This document shows positions 25,402 to 38,594 of a stretch of DNA of 58,701 nt, in pieces (the stretch's first letter is position 1; each line of letters begins with the position of its first letter). Source of the stretch: Reclinomonas americana ATCC 50394 (Eukaryota); assembly GCA_048213135.1 (NCBI GenBank), contig PS015072.1, positions 17,141-75,841 on the forward strand. Reading direction: 5' to 3'. Below the pieces are notes generated by a model that saw only the letters and a program-made list of their open reading frames with translations, searched no databases and was not told where the DNA came from. The translations under genes and the position numbers were made by a program.

Positions 25402-26138
25402 TCACTTGCGACGCTGCTGTGCCGTCTCGGGTGCTGTGTGTGCAAGAGGTGAAAAAATCTGGAGTGTGCAAGAGGGGGCGGCCGACAACAAGAGAGACGA
25501 CGCACCAAAGTAGTCGCGCACCAGCCGCACCGACGAGTCGGCAGCACCCGACGACGACGACGACGAAGACGACGAAGCACCGCCAGCCACCGCCTCCACG
25601 CGCAAGGCCAGAATGTGCAGCAGCACCGACAGTCGATTGTAGGTCACCTCATCTGCCACGCATAAGTGAGCATCATCAAATCATCGAAGCGCAGAAGCAC
25701 GACAAGAGACACTCACCAACAGCCACCTCCTCCAGATCCACCGCATCTATATCAAGCACGTCGTCACCGTCTGCAGTCGCCTGGTTCCAACACGCAGTCA
25801 GTCATTCACAGCCTCTGTCTCGGATCTTCTCCACCTTCCCTCCCTTCTCATCCCATCCTCACTCACCTTGGAGGTTCGATGCAGCACATGCGACCGTGAT
25901 CCCTCCTGGAACTGGTAGCTGAATTGCACTGAATCACCTGCGCCACACGCATCATCAATCATCATCACAGACACACACACCACTCTGAAAAGATGATCGC
26001 ACCTCGCAGAATCTCCAGCCGACTTCTCTCCTGTGCGGCAGCCGTGCTGACAGTGCCCGGCGAGCGTCCCTCGCTCAACTTGGTCGGAAGAAACACATGC
26101 AGGAGAGAGACAAGTTCCTGTTGCGCCTTATGAGACAT
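25402..26138 (-). CDS. Five-exon hypothetical protein (about 150 aa)
   Basis: MSHKAQQELVSLLHVFLP...ILR|GDSVQFSYQFQEGSRSHVLHRTSK|ATADGDDVLDIDAVDLEEVAV|DEVTYNRLSVLLHILAL...|IFSPLAHTAPETAQQRRK*. All four introns are GT-AG and phase-consistent. Confidence 0.6.
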
Positions 26139-26262
26139 GTCATACTCTCACACATGCGCACCGCAAGAGAAGGAGACAGACCGCCTCCACAGCTTGTGTG
26201 AACCACGCTTGCTGCCCTTCCCGAACATCTGCACACACATCAACAATCAACACACCAGAACA

Positions 26263-28013
26263 ATGTCTCCTTTCACTCAGAGAAACGAAACAGATGTGCA
26301 GCTGAAGGCACTGATGAGCGGTGACTTGCAGGTGACGAGTGGCGTGCAGCACAAAAGCCATTTGCGTGATTGGGAAGTCGATGTCGACGCGAGTCGACCG
26401 TTACACTGCGAAATTTGTTTCTTTTTTCGCGACATGTGTGCGCGGATGGAGGTGACGCGGTGCATCAGCCGCGTTGCCGATGGCCAGCCTGTAAACTGCG
26501 CCTCCTTCTTTCCCTCCATGCCGCATCTCATCGCTGGTGAGTCACTTGTCTCTGCCTCGCTCACTCTCTCACTCACTCTTCTCGTGCGTCACAGTGGGCA
26601 CTGGTGGGGCGCCACACAGCGACGTGTGCTGCCTGGATGTGCGCACGGGGTTGATGGTGCGGCAGATTGTCGGTCACTGCAGTGGTCGTGTTCGTTTTGT
26701 CGGCACCTGGCGACCGCAGCCGTACTTTCGCGACGATGAGTGCCCGCTGCTGGCGCTCTCCACCGACGGCACCGCGCGAGTGTGGGTGATGCGCACGTCG
26801 GGAGCGATCGATGACGCCGACGATGACGACGAACCGTGGGCGACAAAGTCCGAGAGTGGTGGTGGAGGATCAGCAGGGCACGTCCGACGACGCGCCACCA
26901 TGAAGCTCCCGGTCAAGGCAACCACTGGTCGTGGTGCTGCTGTGCCGGGCGTGTCGGCCGCCGATGTGTCGGTGGCCACTCATGGTGGTCTGCTGGCGGT
27001 GGCGTACGGATGCACGGCGCAGCTCTTTGATCTGCACAATGGCACATGTCTGGGAACGCTGGGGTCGTTGTCGTGGCGTTCGCACAGTCACCCCATGTCG
27101 GCACATTCGCATCCCGTCACGTGTGTGGCGTTTGATAGCGCGCAGACTGTGGCGTCGGGGTCGGAGGATGGAGAGGTGCGCGTGTGGAGCGTGCGTCGCC
27201 GATTGTGCTTGAATCGACTGTGCGGTCACAAGGCGGCGATTTCGCGCCTGGCGTGGCATCGCAGTCGGCTGGCGTCGGCCGCTGCCGACGGCTCCGTGCG
27301 TGTGTGGTACACCAAATCGGGCGAATGCCTGAGCACGCTGCAGTATCAACCGACCGGACAAGGAGTGCGAATGGCCGGCACACCAGCCGTGCAATGGACT
27401 GCGCTGGTGTGGCACGCCGAGGGTGCTGAGCTCCTCGGATCGGTACGAGGTGTGCCGGCGGTACTGCTGTGGGATTTGCGCGTGGGAGCCGAAGCGCAGT
27501 GCTCGATTCGCATCGACTTGTCGACGCACTTGCGTGGCATCAGTTTCATGACGACGGCGCCAGACGGCAAGTCCGTCGCCGTGCTCTCCACCGCCGGTGC
27601 CATTGTCATTCTCGAGGATAATAACGGTAGCTTGCACGTTCCCCTCTGCTTATTGGTGTCTCGTGCACTCACTCATTCCCGCGTGCGCAGCAATGATGAA
27701 GGAGGAGATTGACATGTGCGAACGCGCCATGTCGTGCCTCATGGAAGCCGAATACGATGAATGCGGTAGTGACGAGCAATCGCCGTCACCACCATTGTCG
27801 TCACACCGCCACAGCAGCAGCAGCAGATCACTACCGCCGGCACCCAGGTTACGGCAGCTGGTGGCGTGTCACAGCGCCGAGCCAGCCTCGATCGGCGCCA
27901 CAGTGGTGCACGTGGTTGTGCAGCATGCGTGCCTGCTGCTGCGGGCACGTGGTGGGTTTGGCGATGGAGCGTGGAGGTCACCGAGGAGCAGTGCTTGCTC
28001 CTCTCTTGTTTAA
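26263..28013 (+). CDS. WD40-repeat protein (exact ends uncertain)
   Basis: Motifs AHSHPVTCVAFD...VASGSEDGEVRVW and GHKAAISRL...LASAAADGSVRVW in ORF 26537-27712. Confidence 0.7.
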
Positions 28014-28074
28014 GCAAAACGAAATTGTACGATAACTCAATCCAACATCCCGCAATGCGCAGTGTACACTCTTT

Positions 28075-30382
28075 TTACCGCACCTTCTTTGTCAACTGCT
28101 TCTTCACAAACTTCTTCTTGTTGGCCGGCGCACCCACCACGATCGCCCTGCTCTTCTTCTTCATCGACGGCTTCAACGTGCGCTTGGCCTTGGCCGGAGC
28201 CGGCGTCGCATCGTCATCGTCCTCGTCCATGGCAGCCGCCGTCGCCGGCTTCTTCTTCATCGCCGGTTTCAATTGTTTCCGTGGGGCCGGGGCTGCACGC
28301 TTGGTCGGAGGTGGGCTTGCGTCCTCGTCGGCATCCTCGTCATCGTCCATGGCTGCTTCTTCATCACGTGCCGCACGTTTCACGCCCTGCAAACAGGATA
28401 CACATGAGTTTTTCGACATGCACACGAGTGAGAACTGTGTTCGTCTCGCAGCACCTGCTTCTTTGCTGGCCCTGCGGCTTTCCGTGCCGGTGCCGCCGGT
28501 GACGACTGCCACGCGAAGCACTGAGTGACCAGCCCAATTCAACATGAACTCCTCGCCACCACCTCACCTCGGTCGTCTCGGCCGCACGTGGAGACTTTTT
28601 CAAAATGGACCGCGGTGTTGCTGGTGACGCCGCCGCCGATGCTGGAGACGCAATGGTGCCGTCGGCAGGGGAAAACGAAATGCCCTTCTTCAATCCGCCC
28701 TTCTTCGTTCCAGGCGCTTGTGGGGTTGTTGCTGCTGCTGTTGTTGTTGTCGTTGTTGTCGTGGCAGACGCCTCTTGCGCCTCCTGCGTATCCAACATGT
28801 GCAGCAGCTTGCGGGCCAGCTTATCCTTCTTCGGCTTCGGAGCGGCACTCGCGGTGGTGACACACGTCAGTCGTGCTCCGCGAATCATCTCACGCGCCAC
28901 CATGGCCACACGCTCGTCGCCGCTCATGTTACCGGCACTGCGCAATCATCATTGAGGAAGAGATGAGCAATCAATTACATGCATCTCTCGAAATGCAGCA
29001 CATCAGACGCAACGTGGCCAGGTGCGACACATCCCACACGCACACAGTGCCATCCGACGAAGCAGAAACCAAATACGTCAAGTGCTTCCACGCATGCACT
29101 GCAACACCACGAATGCTGCAGCGACAAGAGTGTGTCAATCGTCGTTCATGGAAGAAGGCACAATCGCCACCAAAGACAAACCGCTTCGACTCAGAGTTGA
29201 CACTGCCCAGCGGTTCACCGGTGGTGGCATTCCACAAGGCCACCGACCCATCCTCGCAGCCGACTGCCAAAACAGTATCCTGTCGGCCGCACACGCGATG
29301 AGTTTGAAGATAGCGACACGCGCATGGGGGCACACAGACACGCACCGTCACAAAGCACACGGCATTCACATGCGAAGCCTGCCCGAGCACATGCTCCTGC
29401 TCGCCACTCTACGCACAGTGTCGCTCCCTCTCTCAGCAACACTTCGACAAACGCCCAATGCAGCACAAGGCGAGAGACGCACCACTCCCGAGTGCACATA
29501 CACAGAATCGCCCGACGTCACCACAAAGTGCTTGCCCTTTTTCGACCACTCCACCAGCTCCGGCACTGGTGCATGCAACGACAATGAGAGTCTCTCCAGG
29601 AAGGTGAGCTCTCCCTCTCTCTCTNNNNNNNNNNNNNNNNNNNNNNNNNNNNNNNNNNNNNNNNNNNNNNNNNNNNNNNNNNNNNNNNNNNNNNNNNNNN
29701 NNNNNNNNNNNNNNNNNNNNNNNNNNNNNNNNNNNNNNNNNNNNNNNNNNNNNNNNNNNNNNNNNGTCTTTGGACGCACCGCTCCTCTGTGCCCCTCATT
29801 CAAATCGAGAATGGGCTCCCAATCACGAGTGCTCCACACAGCAATGTGTCCATCCTCACTCGCACTGCACATGCGGTCGTGGTAAAAGTCGAGCGCACGC
29901 AGAGCACCTGACCAGCGCACCCCAAGTGAGTCATCACGAGCAAGGGTGCGAGAGAGAGACGCGCTCTCTTGCATACCACGATGGTGCGAAAGTGTGCCGA
30001 CTTCCACTCGCTTGTGCACGTTGAAGACACTGCGCAGGAAGAACGAAAAAAAGTGAGTCGGAGTGCAAGTGCACATGCACATGCACAGACAACACACACG
30101 CAAACACACTCACTGAATGTTTTCATCGGTGCTTCCCGACACCAGTGCCGAGCCGCGCATGGCCACTGTCTTGATGCATCCCACGTGCGCTGCAGCCGCA
30201 AACGACTGTGTCAAGCGGCATGGAAGAGGTACGACAGTGGCTGCGTCGCCTGCTGCTGCTGCTGCTGCTGCTGCTGACAAGGAGGGGACCACGCGTGTGG
30301 GATCGTTGGGTCGCAGCTCGAGGCCGTAGAGCACACCAGAGTAGGAGCCAGCGACGATCAGCAGCTGTGCTTGCACGGCCAT
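28075..30382 (-). CDS. PAK1IP1: PAK1IP1/Mak11 WD40 60S-biogenesis factor with a Lys-rich low-complexity tail
   Basis: IVAGSYSGVLYG, AHVGCIKTVA...LVSGSTDENIHVFNVHKRVEVGTLSHH and CSASEDGHIAVW match the Mak11 N-terminal WD repeats. The middle is interrupted by gap 29625-29765. Confidence 0.85.
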
Positions 30383-30500
30383 GGTTGGTGACGTGTATGA
30401 AGTCCTGCCATCGTCCAGGCAATAAACGTTCACTTCGCCCCCGACGCCCATTTTCTTTGCAGTTCATGTACATTGAGAAAAAAAGAAAGCATTGCGATTA

Positions 30501-33500
30501 CTACGAGGCGCACAGGATGCGCCACTCAAAGAGATCGGTTCCCGACGCCGAGAACAGTAGCCGGCCGTCGCCGCTAAAGCAGACGTCTCGGACGAAGCCT
30601 GTGTGGCCGTCGAAATCCTGGAACGTGCCGGCCTCGTAGTCCACGATGCGAACCAATCGATCTGCGTGTAGCACACAGCAATAAGCGGCTGCACTAAACG
30701 CGCCTTCCTCTGGCGACGTACCATTGAGGCCGAGAGCAATCAGATATCCGTTCACCGATAATGACATGGAGCGCGGACTCTGCTCCACGTCGAGCAGCCG
30801 CACCACCTACAAATGTGCATGTCAGTTGCCACGCTCAGTGCAGCGACTCTCTCTTCTTCTGCATCTCACCGTCTTGGATGTGATGTTGCGCATGGCGATG
30901 CGGCCACCGATCCATGGTGACGAGCACACGAGAATGTCGCGCTCTGCCGGTGAGAAGCGGACCAGCGTGGGTGCCACCACTCGGCCCTGCAAACACACAA
31001 CGCGCATACACAGAATGAGCAAATCATCACGCGCTGAAAGCCGGTCTCCCCCCCCCACCCCCACGTGCACCGCACCGAGTCGTCAATGACGTCGTCCACT
31101 TGCGACAGCGGGTCCGGTTCGACTTCGGCACGCAGGGAGAACACGTCGACAGACTCGCACACGGCTCCGGCCTTGGAGAATCTCCACACACAGCACTTGC
31201 CGTTTTCCGCACTGTCACAACATGTGTAAGAGTTCGCACACGCATGCACAAAACGAAGCGCAGCATGCGCACACACCTGTACGCCACCAGCGTGCCATCG
31301 TGCATGGAACCAGCCATGGAGCTGACGCTGTTGGCGTCCGAATCGCGCAGTACTCTCCGTGCAACTCCAGTCGGTACGTGCGTAAACACGACGCAGCCGG
31401 ATGAGTCGCCCGAGATCACACAGTCGCCTGCCACAGTACCAATCAGCAACTATCGTCCACAAACCAGAAATCAACAAACACACACCACTGGGAGCCAGCA
31501 GCAGCGCCGTGAGTGGAGCCTTGTGCGGCGCCGCCTCAAATCGCATCTGTGAGTCGCGCATGTCGAACAGCCGGATGCGACCCGACGCGTAGCCGGCGCC
31601 GACAACCTCGGCCACCGAGTCCGACACGCGCTGCGCCAGCACCGAGCAGCAAGTGCACGGCTGCATTCACCGAAGAGTGAGTATAGCTGCATGGCGACGC
31701 GGCAACACACACGCGACAACTGACCTCGTCGGGCACATGAATCAGCGCCACCTGCTGGTACGGTCCGTCTGACGACGAGCCCCACAACTTCATCGTGCCA
31801 TCCAAGCTGCCGGAGACCAGCACGGGTGCCGCAGGATCGGGACTCAATCTGCAACGCAAACCCATGTCAAGATCGAGGGAGGCGCTTGTGATGGCCGCAC
31901 ACAAAGAGTGCACACACCCACTGACAATGGCCGAGTGGCCATCGACGAGACGAATGCTGGTCTTCTCGTCCCAGTTGACGTACCAGATGGTGCTCGATGC
32001 GGTGGCCACAATTCCCTGAGATCGTATTATTGTGAGTGGGAGGAGCAGAGGGAGAAAGGCGCCATTGATTTCCTCCTTACCTCGTTGCCGTGTGCATCAA
32101 ACTGCATGGCCACCACTGGTCCGTCCAGCGTCATGTCGTCGACTTGACCGGCCGTCACCTCCTCTGCTGTGCGTACAACATTCTGCTGACGGCGCAGGTG
32201 CGGTCCAGTGCCACCGGTGAGCAAATTGTTCTTGCTCCATTGTGCACAGTCTGCAATAGTGACGAGAATTTAGTCAAAGCACAGCATGCACCGCCATCAC
32301 GCGCGCACGAGATAGTCACCAATTTCGCCGGTGTGTCCGCGGAAGGATGTCAGATAGGCGTTGGATTTGGCGTCGATAATCGACACCTGTCCACTCTGCG
32401 CGCCCGCCCACAGCGTCGAGTCTGGTCTGAAGGCCAGCGACGTATAATGATTGCGCTTGACATCCACCGGCAACTCCACTTCCTCCACCTGCGAAACCAC
32501 CAACAACATCCGGTCAGTGTACCAGAAGCGCACTTGTAAACGTGTGGCGACGTCTTCACCCACCAGCAACTCCAGGTTCTCGGAAATGAGCCAGAACATG
32601 ACCGAGCCGTGACCGGCGGTGGCGAATTCGCGCTTTGATTTCGGATTGAACGCGGCCACGTGCATCACAGTGGGTGCCTGCGCAGTGGCCACCGCGCTCC
32701 CCGAGTGCACGTCCCACACCACCAACGCATTTTCACGATGGTTTCCTGTGCACACAAGGCAGTAAGTATCGAAGGAGTGCTAGCTAGAAATGTATCGACA
32801 ACGCACCAACAGACACCAAGAAGCGGCCGTCGGGGGAAAACGCCAGTGCCTGCACACCAGATTCGTGATACGACAGCACCTACACCAGGAAATCATCAGC
32901 CCTTTGAGCATAAGGCCAGAAGCAAGGGAACTATGCAGCACACACCTTTTCACGACCGAGTCGATCCACATTCCACAGGAAAATCGGAGCACTGTGGAGC
33001 ACCGAAAGCAAGGTCAGTGCCGAGCAACATGCATGCACAATCATCGCGCAAGATATCACCTGTCGGAGTCCATGCTGACGCCGACGGCGGCGGCCAGCAT
33101 GTTCGTCTCGGGGTGGAAGGCCATCACTGACACGACACCAACATGGCCTGTCAGGTGTTTCTGTTCACGCGTTTGCAGATCCTCAATGACCACCGTGCTG
33201 CCGACGCTGTAGGCGAACAGACCGGACTGCGTGGCCACAGCTGAGTGAGAACTACACACAATACACGACGTGTGTCCAAGAAAATAGATGGATTCACGCA
33301 CCTCGGGATGCCACAGCACATTGTCGTGACCGAGTCCATTGTAGCCGAGAATCGTGCGCAGTCCAAGTGCTGACTGAGCCAGTGGTGGAACGTACCTGTC
33401 GCGCCCGCATGATGATGATGAGTGGACAGCTAGTGCGACGGATGCAAGAAAAACATACTTCTTGGCCGGCATCGGAGCAGCCTCCGGCTGACCAACGTAG

Positions 33501-36500
33501 TGCTTGCGAGGCAGCGCCACAAACATGGTGGAACCGGAACCTGCAGAATCACCAGGTCTGAGCTTCGTCGTCATCGTACTCGACTTAGCGCTGCTCACCT
33601 CCAGCTTCGCCACTGACTTCTTCTGTTTCGCCATACACGACACGCGCATCGGCAGCGTCGTCAATCAGCTGGCTGAGGTCGGCCGACACGTCGCCCAGGA
33701 ATTCCCACACAAACAGAGGGCCGCCTGCAACAGCAAAACACCGAATTCAGCTCTTCTCTTCTCCAACCTTGTGCTCGCATGACACACACGCACCCTGACT
33801 GACGGAGACAATGCGCTTGCTTCCAAAACCAAACACTGCGCTGGAGACTCCGGCATAGTGGCCCGTGAATGACTGTGGCGCAGAGAAGAAAGCGTCGGTT
33901 TCACCAGGCATCACGAACAACGTGGAAAGTGTGGGTGAGGATAAAACCTGTACAGCAGCAGTGCCCGGCACCAGCTGGTCGGCGCGCCACACGCGCAACT
34001 TGGCGTCGTCGCCACCGGTCAGCAGGTATTGCCGGTTCGGACTGAGGCGCAAGAAATTGCACGCGCCGTCGTGAATGGCCGGCTGCGACACTTAAGAGTG
34101 AGAAGCGAAAAATGACAGCGAAGGGATGGTGGTAGTTGCACACACACACACACCAACTCGGCCATGATGGCACCCGAGGTGGCGTTGATGCGCAGCAGTC
34201 TTGCGTTGGCATCCACCGCCAACACATCCTACGCCACTGATTAGTTAAAACACGAAGCTCAATGCTGTTCCATCACAGCGACGCAACATTGGCCCCGTTG
34301 AAGCACACCAGATGCAGAGGAGCGGCCGAAGGTGCCGTCGGTGAGAAGGAAAAGGAGCGCGCGCACAACCAGTCGGTGGTGGAGTACAGCAAGACATCAA
34401 AGCCGTCGCCACCAATCAGTGCCAGGTGCAAGTGGTCGGGACTCAATGTGAAGGTGTTGCGCCTGCACTCACACACCGTACAAACAATGAGCGAATGGTG
34501 ATTGACAGAATATCGCGAGTCGGACGCAACGATGCAGCCGTGCACGGAATCACGCGCACCACTTGATACTCGTGCTTCGCATCGCAGATGCACAAGCCAT
34601 CGGTGGCGATGGAGAGCGACCAGTGCCCATTATGCGTGTACTCGACGCGGCCGACGGCCAGGTCCCGACGATGAGCTTCGTACTCGGCCTGGACGGCGGT
34701 GCTCTCCACGTCTGCGATTCGATGGGACTCGTTCAGACACGACGGCAAGCTGTGCAGGCGGGAGGCACTCACTACTCACCAAACACGCGCACAAGTCCAT
34801 TGTCGAAACCACAAATCAAAACATAGTCCTCGGGGTGGTACGCCAGGCACGTGCATCGGTGACCGACAGTGTCGAATTGGTACAACTGTGTGCACGTGCA
34901 TGAGCTTCTTACGCAACGCAAGCACATTCACGACACCGCGCCCCAACCTGATCGTACGTGTCGAGGTCCCATACGCGCACGGTGCCGTCCAGCGACACGG
35001 TGGCAAACTCACGGTGATGTGGATCAGCCGCCGCATCCAAAACACGGTCCGTGTGTGAGCGTAGAATCGTCTGTGTGTGTGCGTGGATGAGAATGAGAGG
35101 TCAACGACACTCTCCTCTCACGTTTTCTCACTCTGCACCTGGTACTTCTGTGAGCCAATGTCGAGAATGCCAACGCTGCCGGTCCGAGTCCCCACAGCGA
35201 CTGTCAAGCCGTCGTGCGAGGCCGCCACTGATGTCACCGCGCCTATTATCATTAACCAAACAACAACAACAACAATAATGATGATCATCATCGGAAGCAA
35301 CACAGCTTGACCAACAACGTAGTTGTACGTGTGACACATACCCTCATGCTCCGCCTCCAGGAAAAAGTCCTCAAACGTCTCCGGCCACACGCGCATGAAG
35401 CGATCGTCGGAGCCGGTGACGCACATGCCCTCGTTCACCACCAGGCTGTGAATGGGGCCCTCGTGCAGCCGGTAGCAGCATTGCACCATGCGGGTGTCGT
35501 AGTCGATCAGGAACACGGTGCCGGCGGCGGTCGAGGCAAACATCTTTTTCGACTGTGGAAATCGATGATCACCAGTGAGCAAAAAACACCCCAGTGAAAC
35601 CAGCTTCACCACATCAGTCGCACGAGAGACCTTGTCACGCGCCGACGGCGTCGAGAACGCCACATCCGTGAACACGTCGGTGGAGTGGTGCGGACCGGAC
35701 GGCCACTCAATGGAGCACCCACGCAGCTTCTCATCGCGCACGCGCCAGATGCGCACGTTTTCGCGACCGCACGACACGATCTTCACATCCTCAAACGGCG
35801 AAAACACCAGCCGACTGATGTGATAGTCGGAGCTCGTGCGCACCGACACCGACGTGCGACCTGTGGCGCACGCCAAGTGGTGAGCAACAGGAAAAGGCGG
35901 ATGTGGAAATGGAGACACACACATGCACTGACCATTGCGCAGCAGCTGCGACACGTCCCACACCACAATCGACTGACGGCCTGCATGGACAACCCTCGGG
36001 GTTACAACACAAGTGGGGCGACACAAGATGAAAAAGACAACAACCGACACGTACCATGCTCTTCCTTGCCAATGGCCGCCAGCAGCCCATTGGTGCGACT
36101 GAACGACACGCTTGTCAAGTCCGAGTGGTGCTCCGACAGCACAGCGATGCACTTGCCACTCTCAAAGTTCCACAAGCGCACCTACATTGGCGCATCGATT
36201 GTCAGAACATCAACATCAAAACACTCTGCAGACGTCAGAAGTGCTCACCACTGCCTCGCGACCACTCTGCGCCGTGGCCAGCAGTCCGTTATTGGGCGAC
36301 AGTGCGACGGCACACACCGGCGCCGTGTGACCGAGCAGGAAGGATTGCTCGCCTGCTCGCACGAGTGAGTGCTGGTGTGAGGGCACCCGCTCGTGTCTTC
36401 TGATCGACGCAACGGCCTTGAGGCTTCATCACCACCACTGCGGCCTCCACCGGAAACACAATAAAACGGCTGTCACGAGACCACACCACGCACGAGCGAT

Positions 36501-37839
36501 GCGAGCCGGAGAATCCCATAATCTACAAATCACAACAACATCAGTGAATCCCCCATTGCGTTGACGGGCGACCGACTCGCCCACCACCGACCTGCTGCAT
36601 GGAGAGAATCGGGTCGGGGAGCAGTGCTTGTGGCACTCGGCCTCCTGTAATTGTGCGCAGACCACCAATCAGCTCGCAGACATCAAGGAAAACAGGTCGT
36701 CGACGACGAGCACATTACACACCCGAGACAGCCGACGCGGCCGAGGTGTACGACTTGTCGGCAAACGTGGCCTGCAACGCATCCTCAAAGAGCGCCTGTC
36801 CACGCGGTGCACGAAGTGGCTTGGACACGCGAGGTGACTTCCTCTGCGCGCAGGAGTGAGTGGCAGGAAAGCACAACGATCACACACCGGTTGCGATACA
36901 CAACTCGTGAGGGCGACACATCGCGGCCCGGCGTGCTCTTCGACGCCCCTCCAGCCTCATCGCCAGCTGGCGCACCAGGAATCCAGTGCCACTGATACGT
37001 CTCCTCCCACTCGGCCCCGGCGTGCACGGGGAAAAACATCTCGCGCGGCAAGTCACGCGGCGAGTACCGAATGTCGGAGGTGAACACACCACGCACAAAC
37101 GAGTTGGCGCAGAACTCGACACCACGCAAACACTTGAACTGTCGCCCAGACGCCTCCAACAGCGCAGGCGCATTGATGGCCAGCACCGCCCAAGCCCCCG
37201 ACAGGAACCCGCACGGGATCTTGATCAACGTGTCGTTTCGCTGCAACGACCATGAGCGACACGCACACACACACACACACATGAGCTGCTACAACGAAAC
37301 AAACAAACCTTGAGCTCGCGGAACAGATTGGAAAACGACACGCGCACGACAAGATCATCCTGCGTCGTCTGCATATCCAGGTGGAAGACAAAGACCTTGG
37401 ACGGCACGATGCGGATGTGCACATAGATCTGTTCGCCCATCGACGATCATTGAGTGAGGAACACAGAGACGCACATACACATATATAGTAGTGTGTGACG
37501 CACCAGTGTGCCGGTGAGACCGAGCGAGTGTGCCTTGGAGGCCGGATAGACCACTCGATTGTTGGTGGGAATGGTGCCCCAGATGCGCCACACCTTCTTG
37601 CCAATCAACTTGTCCATCACATCAGTGACGTCGCCATCGCGCTGAACACGTGCTTTGCCGCCACCACCCGCGTCGGTGTCCACCAGCTTGAAGAGCGACA
37701 CAAAGGGAAGCTGCCACACTGTGGGAGTGTGAGATCACACGCGCGCACAAAGGAGGAGAGTGAGAGCGTGAGAGAGAGTGACGAAACGCTGAGCGCCGGG
37801 CTGTGGTGGCACTGAACCGCTGCCACTCGGCTCTGCCAT
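30501..37839 (-). CDS. WDR90: WDR90/POC16 centriolar protein (N-terminal CFA20-like domain plus many WD40 repeats), many short introns
   Basis: CFA20/DUF667-like motifs VWQLPFVSLFK, GDVTDVMDK, SLGLTG, FVFHLD, VSFSNLFRE, FVRGVFTSD and DLPREMFFP. WD motifs include IVSCGRENVRIWR, CVTGSDDRFMRVWP, FFLEAEHEG and FQDFDGH. TAG at 30501-30503. Confidence 0.9.
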
Positions 37840-38033
37840 TTTTTCGCGCGCAAAAAGACGGATGACAAGCGACGTTCGTTGCGGAAGCGACGTCGATGGT
37901 GGTGATTTATCGCACACACAGAGAGAGCGAGTGCGCAAAGGGGGTTGCAGTGGAGAGAGCACACGGTGGAGCGAGGCGCAGAGAGAAGAGTGCACAAGGC
38001 GTGTCCCAGAGCAACGTCCCATCGTTTTCCACA

Positions 38034-38519
38034 ATGAGTCGCGCGGGCGTGCCACAAGTGAAGCGCATGACAGTGTTCTTCTGCCAGCACGGTGGCAGCA
38101 GTCGCGGTGCAAGGTGCGTCGCGTGTATTCGTGTAGAGAGAGAGATGGCGTGCTCAAAAGCGCGCACATGGCGCAGGGAACTCGTGACGAGCGAGCTGGC
38201 GCAGTATGCCACCGAGAACCCGCAAGTGGAGTTTGCTGCAGAGCCGCGCAACGGCAAGCATCCATACGTGCTGGCAGAGTACGGTGTGTGTGTGGACATC
38301 TCCCTTTTCTCCCTCTCTCTCTCTCTTGCTCACAATCTCGCTCGCTCAGTGAACGGCACCAAGCAGAGCGTGAGTGTGAAGAACGAGCCTGTGCCGTTGA
38401 TTGTCGATGCCATGGAGCGATTGCGGCAACGAAGCGGATTCAACGTGGAGAAGCTGCTGAAGAAGCGACTGACAGAGACCGCCTCGTCGTCGTCATCACA
38501 GGGCATCTTCAAGGGATGA
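38034..38519 (+). CDS. MRPL43: Mitochondrial ribosomal protein mL43 (L51/S25/CI-B8 family), 3 exons
   Basis: MSRAGVPQVKRMTVFFCQHGGSSRGAR|ELV...ENPQVEF...RNGKHPYVLAEY|VNG matches mL43. Confidence 0.92.
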   Translation: MSRAGVPQVKRMTVFFCQHGGSSRGARCVACIRVEREMACSKARTWRRELVTSELAQYATENPQVEFAAEPRNGKHPYVLAEYGVCVDISLFSLSLSLAHNLARSVNGTKQSVSVKNEPVPLIVDAMERLRQRSGFNVEKLLKKRLTETASSSSSQGIFKG

Positions 38520-38594
38520 CAATGCCAGCGCACCACATACCAGCACAGTAAAACAGAACAGCAGATTTTTTCAGTCGTTTCATTGTGTGCGCAC

